Positions 1 through 7,340 of a stretch of DNA of 32,000 bases are shown here, piece after piece. The notes beneath the pieces are model-generated. The model was given only the letters and a program-made list of their open reading frames with translations. It searched no databases and was not told the origin of the DNA. The DNA is from Fibrobacter succinogenes subsp. succinogenes S85 (GTDB lineage Bacteria; Fibrobacterota; Fibrobacteria; Fibrobacterales; Fibrobacteraceae): contig NC_017448.1 of NCBI RefSeq assembly GCF_000146505.1, positions 3,810,001 to 3,842,000 of the forward strand. Reading direction: 5' to 3'. Position 1 is the first letter of the stretch. Each line of letters begins with the position of its first letter. A program made the translations under genes and the position numbers.

Positions 1-333
1 AAGATGACTTTTTACGCCATCTGCTTTTGCTTGTGTTTTTTGTTGCTTTATTCCGTGACGCTTGGCTCTGGCCTCCCGCCGCTCTTTACGCAGGCAAGTT
101 CGTGGGGTTGGGGCTTTATGCTGGGCCTTGTGCCGACGGTGCTCTCACTCATCTTCATGGTCAAGGCTGTGAAAATTATCGGCTCCACGCCCACGGCAAT
201 TCTCGGTGCTTTGGAACCCGTGACTGCCGTGACCATTGGCGTAATGGTCTTTGGAGAAACGCTAACGACTCGCATTATTGCGGGTATCGCCTTGATTCTC
301 GGTTCTACCATGCTGGTGGCTGTGAAAAAGTAG
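1..333 (+). CDS. EamA/DMT-family transporter, C-terminal fragment (5' end lies outside the window)
   Basis: Frame 1 is open from the window edge and stops at TAG 331-333. The approximately 110 aa are almost entirely hydrophobic with 3-4 TM helices. The ...VFGE.LT...IAGIALILGS... pattern is typical of the second EamA repeat. Confidence 0.6.
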   Translation, partial: KMTFYAICFCLCFLLLYSVTLGSGLPPLFTQASSWGWGFMLGLVPTVLSLIFMVKAVKIIGSTPTAILGALEPVTAVTIGVMVFGETLTTRIIAGIALILGSTMLVAVKK

Positions 334-340
334 AATAGTC

Positions 341-396
341 GCACCGTAGGTGCCAAACTAAAATCTACTGACTAATGACTATTGACTAGTGACCTA
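341..396 (+). repeat. Intergenic repeat copy A: GC hairpin (GCACC-gta-GGTGC), then CAAACTAAAATCTACTGACTAA, then four 7-nt-spaced GACTA units
   Basis: A 22-nt block is identical to 1630-1651. GACTA occurs at 370, 377 and 384, and GACCTA at 391 (period 7). The element starts 8 nt after the upstream stop codon. Confidence 0.75.
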
Positions 397-519
397 TTAC
401 AAACAACTAAGTTCTATATAATACATTCTGACTTTTTTTGGTGTAGTTTTCCACGTCTACTCCCGTTTTCCTGCATTTTTGCTCTCGTTTTTCTGTAATC
501 ATTTTATAGTTTTATTTAC

Positions 520-1578
520 ATGAAAAATTTAGTCCAAACTCTTTTGCTTTCTTCGGTGGCGGCGTTGTTCGCATCGTGCAATAGCTCAACATCTGGTCCG
601 GAATCATTTCGGGAACCGATAAGTTACACTCCGGATGGCAAATGTACGATTGATATGTTAAAGTACAAAACTCAGGAACAGTTGGACTCGTTGCGTACTT
701 TTTGTGATACCATTTTTGTTCATAGTGTCTTGAATGTTTATAAGGACACTGTTTACGACGATACTTTGATTACAGGCAATGAAAAGTACACCAGCTTTAT
801 TTATTTTGATCGTTATACGGAAAAATACGATACACTTACTAAGCAAAGTGCTGCAAAAAGTGGGACTTCAGGCCCATGCGGTAGAGTTCCTGTTTATTGC
901 AATCTTGATTCCTCTGATACGCAAAAGACGTTTAGTTGCGAAATTTCCAGTGTGTGTTATATGTATAATCAGACAGATAATCTTGCAACGAGTTCTGCCG
1001 AGGTTGCTGTCGTTCGTTTAGATCCTGTATTAATAACGAATGAGCCACTGTGTTCTCAACCGGGGTATCGCTGTGTGCGTGATACTGTTTTCCATGATGT
1101 TCTTCATAAAACATATCGAACAATTGCTCGTGACACAACATTCTTGAATTATGGTCCAAGAGCTTGGACGGATTATGTTCCTGCCATCAATGCGCCCGCA
1201 TTTGATACGGTTACGTTCCGCAATGCGCTGGATACGCTTGACACGCAAAAGCCAATCTTTGGAATAGATACTTTGTTCTCAGGATATACCATTACGGTGG
1301 ATGGGTTGCCGGACTGGGCATCGAATAATACTAAATGTACGACGGTAGATTCTTCACGTATCTGTATTTATCAAGATATTCTTCGTCCAATATCAATGCT
1401 TACGACTTATCCAACGCTTTACAATAAAAAGCCATTCTATCTTTGGAATAATCTTGAATCGCCTTTGGAAAAAGACACTTTGATTACATGGAAATTGAGA
1501 TATAGATATTCCGGTGGTCATAATTTTGAAGGAAATCGCGACTCGTTAGAAATAACTACGCTCTTTAAGGGAATTTAG
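520..1578 (+). CDS. Hypothetical Cys-rich lipoprotein (352 aa)
   Basis: Long ORF with an N-terminal signal peptide and lipobox (LFASC). It is AT-rich. I recognise no family motif. Confidence 0.75.
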   Translation: MKNLVQTLLLSSVAALFASCNSSTSGPESFREPISYTPDGKCTIDMLKYKTQEQLDSLRTFCDTIFVHSVLNVYKDTVYDDTLITGNEKYTSFIYFDRYTEKYDTLTKQSAAKSGTSGPCGRVPVYCNLDSSDTQKTFSCEISSVCYMYNQTDNLATSSAEVAVVRLDPVLITNEPLCSQPGYRCVRDTVFHDVLHKTYRTIARDTTFLNYGPRAWTDYVPAINAPAFDTVTFRNALDTLDTQKPIFGIDTLFSGYTITVDGLPDWASNNTKCTTVDSSRICIYQDILRPISMLTTYPTLYNKKPFYLWNNLESPLEKDTLITWKLRYRYSGGHNFEGNRDSLEITTLFKGI

Positions 1579-1616
1579 ACTTTGGTCGTTGGTTAATAGT
1601 CAATGGTTTTATAACC

Positions 1617-1671
1617 GCGCCATTGGCGCCAAACTAAAATCTACTGACTAAAGACTAATGACTAATAACTA
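1617..1671 (+). repeat. Intergenic repeat copy B: GC hairpin (GCGCC-att-GGCGC), the same 22-nt block, then GACTA heptads
   Basis: GACTA occurs at 1646, 1653 and 1660, and AACTA at 1667. The hairpin differs from copy A by a paired A-T to G-C change. It lies 39 nt after the stop of the 520-1578 gene. Confidence 0.75.
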
Positions 1672-1689
1672 AATTGTTATATTAGCAGC

Positions 1690-1956
1690 ATGCTAAGTAC
1701 ATGTTCAATTTGCAAAAAGGAATTTAATGACAAGGTGGGGATGTCCCCGATGGAAAGTAACCTTGCCATCCGTTATCGCAATAAAATCGGCAATATTTGC
1801 CCCGATTGTCAGGCCGAAATCCGCAAGACCAAGCAGGGGCGGTGGCGCCTTTTCTTCTGGAATGTGAAGGTGGCTCTCTATTGCTTGCGATTCCTTGCGC
1901 TTTTTGCGCTCCCGTTTATTGCACTCGTTGTTGTTCTCGCTTTGTATGTATTGTAA
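1690..1956 (+). CDS. Small tail-anchored zinc-ribbon-like membrane protein (88 aa)
   Basis: Contains CxxC (CSIC) ... CxxC (CPDC), a basic linker and a C-terminal TM helix. The ATG lies exactly 6 nt after a TATATT box (1678-1683). There is no SD sequence. Confidence 0.55.
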   Translation: MLSTCSICKKEFNDKVGMSPMESNLAIRYRNKIGNICPDCQAEIRKTKQGRWRLFFWNVKVALYCLRFLALFALPFIALVVVLALYVL

Positions 1957-2107
1957 CTTGAACTTACTTATAGCTATTATTACCACTCAATAGTTGTTTA
2001 TCATTCGAGAAATGTTCTGGAAATATGGGAATGGAGGCTGTTCAGCTATTGCGAAATAAACTAAACATGAATAAGCCACAATTACAAAAAAGGACTAGGA
2101 AATAGGA

Positions 2108-2545
2108 ATGAAAAAAACAATAAATGTTATGAATCTTGTCGTTGCAACAATGATTTTTATGTGGATGGAAAGTCAAGATTTTTTTGTTCATTTTCTTGAT
2201 GTCCCTTATATGTATGGACAAGTTGAATTGTTGTATCTTATTATTCTTAATTTGGTATTGTTAAATGTTTTTGAATTATCGCCTAAAATTTCGCTTGTAT
2301 GCTCTGTTTTGATTATGTTGCTATTTCCGTTTACTGGAGGTCGATTCCGAGTTGACGGATGTAGTTACTATCTAGTTGTTGAAAAAATAATATGGAATAT
2401 TATCGGCGTTCGTTTTGTGCTTCCAAGTGATTTGACTTATTTTATTGCCTATAGTTTGGTTCCTACTATTATCTATAGCATGTATTTACTTCTGTTCATT
2501 TTTGGTGCTGTTGCTGTATTTAGGAAAATGAAGGCTAAAGCTTAA
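2108..2545 (+). CDS. Hypothetical polytopic membrane protein (145 aa, about 4 TM)
   Basis: ORF with four hydrophobic segments. A purine-rich AGGAAATAGGA sits just upstream of the ATG. Confidence 0.6.
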   Translation: MKKTINVMNLVVATMIFMWMESQDFFVHFLDVPYMYGQVELLYLIILNLVLLNVFELSPKISLVCSVLIMLLFPFTGGRFRVDGCSYYLVVEKIIWNIIGVRFVLPSDLTYFIAYSLVPTIIYSMYLLLFIFGAVAVFRKMKAKA

Positions 2546-2621
2546 TCCACATCTGGGTTTAATACGATTCGTTGGTGTAATCTGCCTATTGATGTTGTGT
2601 CAAACATCTAAAATAGTTGCC

Positions 2622-2819
2622 ATGAGAATATTTATATTTATTTTATTTCTTCTTGTGTTGCTAGGATGCTCACAAAGTGATGACGAAGCTCCAATTCAGA
2701 TTGAAAACGCAAATTATATATTTGGTGTTGGAAAAAGGAGAACATCTTATTTAGAGGTATCAAATAAGTGTATTATTGTTGAAATTGATTTTCCAGAATT
2801 TAATCTATGCAAACAATAA
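2622..2819 (+). CDS. Small hypothetical lipoprotein (65 aa)
   Basis: The internal ATG at 2622 gives MRIFIFILFLLVLLGCSQSD, a signal peptide plus lipobox LLGC. The upstream part of the tracked ORF (from TTG 2589) has no signal-peptide character. Confidence 0.5.
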   Translation: MRIFIFILFLLVLLGCSQSDDEAPIQIENANYIFGVGKRRTSYLEVSNKCIIVEIDFPEFNLCKQ

Positions 2820-2906
2820 TTCTATATTAACCTTATGCCTTGCGTTTCGTTACAGAGAGTGCCCCAGAAATTTCAGGAGGAATCTTCTGATTTGGAAATG
2901 TCGTAA
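2819..2906 (+). repeat. Approximately 85-nt repeat copy 1: TATATT box (2823-2828), 6 nt, then a 23-codon mini-ORF MPCVSLQRVPQKFQEESSDLEMS (2835-2906)
   Basis: About 85% identical, without gaps, to 7257-7340. It starts at the stop codon of the preceding gene and lies in the 5' region of the 2948 gene. Confidence 0.7.
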
Positions 2907-2947
2907 TTAAAGTGGGAAATTTTTGCAATTGAGAGGATGCTTACAAA

Positions 2948-3985
2948 ATGAAGTTGTGGAATAAATTGCTGAAAGTTTTTATTTTGTTTTCAGTGCTTAG
3001 TCTTTTGGGGTGTTTAAAAGATCAAAACATGCAAACAAAAGAAATTATAATTTTAAATTACAGAATAATTCCCCTAGATGTTTTTGTAAAAAACGAGGAT
3101 TCTATTTCTGTATTGGGGTATAGATTTTCAGACCTAGATGGTTATGCTTTTGTTCCTGTGACATTAAATTCTAATGATGATGGAAAAACTTGGAATTTGA
3201 AAGTATTTCCTGATGCAAAAAATATGCCTCGTTTTTTTCGGTACTCAAAGTATATTTTTTTATATAATTATGAGAAAGAAAAAACAAAAGCTTCTGTTTA
3301 TATATCAGAGGATTCTGGGAATTCATGGAACTTGTTTGGAGAACAGGAACTACTCAATAGTGAAATGCCGATATTTGGCAATCTAGATGAAAAAAATCCT
3401 GAAGTTCATCAGATTAATAAAGTTATAGCTGATGATTCTTGGTATGTTGAGGAAAAACCTTTATATACAAATTTTATAGTTCGTAAAGGAAATCCTGCTT
3501 TTACATCACAAGTTGGGCGCATTAATCGTTTTGATGGCTCGTCCACTATTATTGATGTGAAACAAGATCTTCATTCTACATTGATGTTTTATGATGAAGA
3601 GAATTATTGGATTTTAGGAAAAATATATCGTTCGGAACCTCGAAAAGCGAGCATAGTTCTTCTTAAATCTAATGGAAATCATGTTGAAAAGATTGGTGAA
3701 TGGCGTAATTTGTCAGGCTCTAAGCATGCCTCAGATTCTCCAAAAGCAATTTTGGTGACGGATGAAATAATTGCATTTGCTGTTACGGGACCATTTTTGT
3801 CAGGTCCGACCGTATTAAGATATAGCATAGATAAAGGCTCTCATTGGGAAGAAATAGAACTGCCTACATCAGAAACCGTGCAACTTTCTTATGATGATAT
3901 AAATAAGAAGTTAGTTGTAGCGCTTGCGGATCAGCTTTATTTCCGATATATTGAAATAGCTATAGGGAGCATATTGATGAGATAG
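2948..3985 (+). CDS. Asp-box (BNR) repeat lipoprotein, probable beta-propeller (345 aa)
   Basis: Signal peptide plus lipobox (SLLGC). Asp-box-like motifs are SNDDGKTW, SEDSGNSW and SIDKGSHW. GAGAGGA lies upstream of the ATG. Confidence 0.8.
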   Translation: MKLWNKLLKVFILFSVLSLLGCLKDQNMQTKEIIILNYRIIPLDVFVKNEDSISVLGYRFSDLDGYAFVPVTLNSNDDGKTWNLKVFPDAKNMPRFFRYSKYIFLYNYEKEKTKASVYISEDSGNSWNLFGEQELLNSEMPIFGNLDEKNPEVHQINKVIADDSWYVEEKPLYTNFIVRKGNPAFTSQVGRINRFDGSSTIIDVKQDLHSTLMFYDEENYWILGKIYRSEPRKASIVLLKSNGNHVEKIGEWRNLSGSKHASDSPKAILVTDEIIAFAVTGPFLSGPTVLRYSIDKGSHWEEIELPTSETVQLSYDDINKKLVVALADQLYFRYIEIAIGSILMR

Positions 3986-4019
3986 ACTAATCGTATGAAT
4001 TGGATTCTAGGAAAATAAT

Positions 4020-4976
4020 ATGTTCAGATTTATAATGAAATATTCATGTTTGACCGAAATTAGACTTACGAAATTTGGCAAAATGATTTTTGCTGTCGGT
4101 TGCCTGTTTCCTATTGGAATTGCGATTCTTGTTCCGTTGCTTCTTTTATGCGGAATGAAGGTTAGGGAAATAGATGAAAGATGGATTAATGAAGGTGTTT
4201 CAGATGTATTTGAAAAAAAGTCTTTTTCATATGATAAAGTAATTGTGTTTGCCAATGAAGTGACAATAAAGGATCATGCAAAGCAATACTCCATTATCGG
4301 ATACTTGGGAAAACAACGGCGGGTAAGTTTGAATACAAACGATGACGGTAAAACCTGGACGTTGACAGGTGCTGACACGGCAGTGTATTTTAATGAAAAA
4401 AAAGATGAATGGAATAATTTTGGCGATGCCGTTTTAGGAGGAAAGTTTGGAGAAATATACGTGAGTAAACAAGATTCTTTTTCAAACGAAAAAACGATTA
4501 TATTAGAAGAATTGAATGGTCCCAGTTCAAATTTGTCCGGCTATTGTCAAAGATGGGGAAAAATGTATGCCCAAAATAGCAACGACTGGGTTGTTTGTGG
4601 ATATGATGATGCGCCATCGTCAATCCATGAAGTTCGTATTATACATAGATCAGAAGGTGTATTTAAACTCCATACATCTTTTCCAAATAAATGGCACTTT
4701 TTTCGTTTAGAATATATGAAGCCATCGGATTTCTTTGTTAAAGGAAATCTAATGATTGGAATTTTTAGATTTCATATAGGAACAGGAACTTTACTTCACT
4801 ATCTATATTATAGCGTTAATGGGGGAGAAACATGGGAAAATGAAAAAATACCAGTTTTTTCACACGAACGCTTGTTGGTGACAAAAGATTCAATTGTTGT
4901 TCTCGGAATAACGGAAATACACGATGAAAAAAGGGCGAATGTCACCATTCTCTCAATGCCGATACCGAAAGAATAA
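4020..4976 (+). CDS. Asp-box (BNR) repeat protein with an N-terminal membrane anchor; paralog of 2948-3985 (318 aa)
   Basis: N-terminal TM (MIFAVGCLFPIGIAILVPLLLL). Motifs TNDDGKTW and SVNGGETW occur in the same relative positions as in the upstream paralog. The start is uncertain (4020, 4035 or 4083). Confidence 0.75.
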   Translation: MFRFIMKYSCLTEIRLTKFGKMIFAVGCLFPIGIAILVPLLLLCGMKVREIDERWINEGVSDVFEKKSFSYDKVIVFANEVTIKDHAKQYSIIGYLGKQRRVSLNTNDDGKTWTLTGADTAVYFNEKKDEWNNFGDAVLGGKFGEIYVSKQDSFSNEKTIILEELNGPSSNLSGYCQRWGKMYAQNSNDWVVCGYDDAPSSIHEVRIIHRSEGVFKLHTSFPNKWHFFRLEYMKPSDFFVKGNLMIGIFRFHIGTGTLLHYLYYSVNGGETWENEKIPVFSHERLLVTKDSIVVLGITEIHDEKRANVTILSMPIPKE

Positions 4977-5006
4977 TCCTATATTAAAATTATGTCCTAC
5001 TGAAAG

Positions 5007-5521
5007 ATGAATCCTTCATTAATTATATATGCCCTATTAACCCTCCTTCTCGCGGCATGCTCCAGCGAGGATGGGCCTGTGAAAACGGCCTGTTCTGTGG
5101 CTCGTTAAAAAGGTGCCAAAAATTCTGCATGGACCCAAAAGACAGTTCGTATGTGATGCTTACAGGATACCAAATTTTTAAAGGTAATCCAAAAAAGGAA
5201 TTTAAAGAGTTTTTTCAGTTTGATTTTGAAGAATACGATGGCGGGATTACTTGGGTTAGTTCCGAAAATATTGCATGTACAGAAAGTGGTTATTCTATTG
5301 AAATGATAGTGGGGTTTCTCAGGGAGACAGTTTACACAATAGATATTGATCGAGACGGAAATGTATCTTCGTCCCCAAAAATTAAAGGATGCTTGCAGCT
5401 TTACGATATGGAATCTCATAAGCTGAAAAAAGTGGGGGACCACTGCAATGAGGTTTATTCTTCTTTTCCCAGGGATGAATTCTATCGATTTGTGCACAAT
5501 AGAACATCAGTTCAAGATTAA
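5007..5521 (+). pseudogene. Frameshifted lipoprotein gene, a third (short) Asp-box-like paralog
   Basis: ATG 5007 encodes MNPSLIIYALLTLLLAACSSEDG..., a perfect signal peptide and lipobox, and stops at TAA 5106-5108. The long ORF 5057-5521 continues in the -1 frame and has no signal peptide of its own. It contains YDGGITW. Confidence 0.6.
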
Positions 5522-5632
5522 TATTTAATTTTTAGCGTATGGTGGAATAACTAGTTTTTCTATTATACAGGTAGGATTGTAGAGTAAATCATAACGTCGG
5601 ATTGCTTACCAAAAGAAAGGTCTCCAATAACT

Positions 5633-6283
5633 ATGCGATTACTTATAATATTGACTTTGCTACTTTGTGTCCTTGCAAATTCTCGATCCTATACAGTATT
5701 TGCATTAAACGATGAATCTCGTTATTTCCGTCAGGATTCCGCCTTGATTGTTTCTTCAAAATTTATAGAAATAAAAACTCCTTTTGAAAAATCTATCATG
5801 GATAGAATTTTTTATGGAAAGACGCCTGTTCTTATAGATACGCTATCTAAGTTTGTAGAAAAAAAAGAATATGGACGATTGTTTGCTGATGGAAAGAACG
5901 TTTCGAGTCTATTTTATATTGATTCTATTTCTCTGGTTTATGATATAGGGGATTCATGCGAACAAGAGGATGGTTTCTGTACTGATTACGAAACTTTTAT
6001 TGGAATTGACGGAAGTTTGGTTTATGTCCAGACAGGGGACTTTATTAAACGTTCCGATCATCCGTATGATTGCGGTGATTTCTTAAAAAAAATATCGGCG
6101 CAATATTTTCTTGTGAAATCTGATTTTTATTACAAAAAGTTTTATAATGAAGATTTTCTAATTACGAATAAGAAAATGAAATCTCGTCGAGGTTTCAGTT
6201 GCAGGGGCTGGGTCGGTTTCCCTTTGAATGAGTTTGGAAAAGAAGAGATTGATTTTTTGAAAAAACTTGAGAAAACGCCATGA
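5633..6283 (+). CDS. Hypothetical secreted protein (216 aa)
   Basis: N-terminal signal peptide (MRLLIILTLLLCVLANS). Its stop overlaps the next start (ATGA). Confidence 0.7.
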   Translation: MRLLIILTLLLCVLANSRSYTVFALNDESRYFRQDSALIVSSKFIEIKTPFEKSIMDRIFYGKTPVLIDTLSKFVEKKEYGRLFADGKNVSSLFYIDSISLVYDIGDSCEQEDGFCTDYETFIGIDGSLVYVQTGDFIKRSDHPYDCGDFLKKISAQYFLVKSDFYYKKFYNEDFLITNKKMKSRRGFSCRGWVGFPLNEFGKEEIDFLKKLEKTP

Positions 6284-7224
6284 TGAAAAGAATAGTCTTG
6301 CTTCTACTGTTTTGCTTTTTTTCTGTTTTTGCAGAAGGTAAAAATATTCAATGCGGGTTTATACCTTGTCAAATCAAGGATGCCGAGGCAATCTCTTTTT
6401 GGTGGAATCGAATTGCTTTTTCTAGAATCTCACAAGAATATGTGTTTGGCAGGTATTTCGAAGCCATCTTTGATACGTTTATACGGACCGATTTTGATAC
6501 TGAAAGTATAGAAAGTTTTCGATCTATAGACCATAAGTTTATTCACACGATAACAAAAAGTTGGTCGAGTCCTCTCGAGTTGGACGAAGTCAAAAAATCA
6601 AAAGACAAAAAATTTATTTTACGGCAACCTGTAGCAGAATGGTCTCAGTTATATATTTTGTCAAAGGAAGTAAAAGAAATTGAGCAATTTTTGAAAAAAG
6701 TTGTTTCTGAACACGAAATTTTGAATGCGGATTCTCTTATGCGGGATTTTGTCAAAAAAAGGCCCGCATATGTCAAAAAAGCAGTGAGGTCGGAAGAAGA
6801 ATTTTACGCAAAAATTCTACAGTATTTGGATTCGGCTAAAACATTGGATGGTTTATCGAAAAAAATTTCTCCTCCAAAGATAAATACTCGAGATGGATTG
6901 TTGGTGGTTAATAACGAGCTTTTGAAAATGGCTGTATTGGGTTCTGATTCCTTGGATGTGGATTCCTTGTTTCGCTATGTTAGCATGATACCTCCAAACA
7001 AGGGTTCAACGGCTTGCATTGATTATCTGATGAAGCTTAATTCGAAATTTTTGTTTGTCAAATTTGGGAGAGATCCCTTGTCTTGTGATGATTCAAAGCC
7101 CTGGATAGCCATCAGTAAAAAAGCCCTTACACCGGAAGAAAGAGCATTTTTAGATGGCATTGTGAAAGTACCTTTAGCACCGTTGAACGAAACAGGAAAA
7201 CTCATCATTCGTAAGAATTTGTAA
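6280..7224 (+). CDS. Hypothetical secreted protein (314 aa)
   Basis: Signal peptide MMKRIVLLLLFCFFSVFAEG. A 4-nt ATGA overlap with the upstream gene indicates translational coupling. Confidence 0.7.
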   Translation: MMKRIVLLLLFCFFSVFAEGKNIQCGFIPCQIKDAEAISFWWNRIAFSRISQEYVFGRYFEAIFDTFIRTDFDTESIESFRSIDHKFIHTITKSWSSPLELDEVKKSKDKKFILRQPVAEWSQLYILSKEVKEIEQFLKKVVSEHEILNADSLMRDFVKKRPAYVKKAVRSEEEFYAKILQYLDSAKTLDGLSKKISPPKINTRDGLLVVNNELLKMAVLGSDSLDVDSLFRYVSMIPPNKGSTACIDYLMKLNSKFLFVKFGRDPLSCDDSKPWIAISKKALTPEERAFLDGIVKVPLAPLNETGKLIIRKNL

Positions 7225-7256
7225 TATTTTTTAACTGCTTACGGTTGAAAAAATAG

Positions 7257-7340
7257 TCCTATATTAACTCTATGCCCTGCGTTTCATTACAGAGAAAACC
7301 CAAAAAATTTCAGGAGGAATCTTCTGATTTAGAAACGCAG
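7257..7340 (+). repeat. Approximately 85-nt repeat copy 2: TATATT box (7260-7265), 6 nt, then ATG 7272 mini-ORF (here open for 52 codons to 7430)
   Basis: Collinear with 2819-2906. The first 21 codons are shared: 3 synonymous third-position changes, with all non-synonymous changes confined to 2 codons. It lies upstream of the dxs-like gene. Confidence 0.7.
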
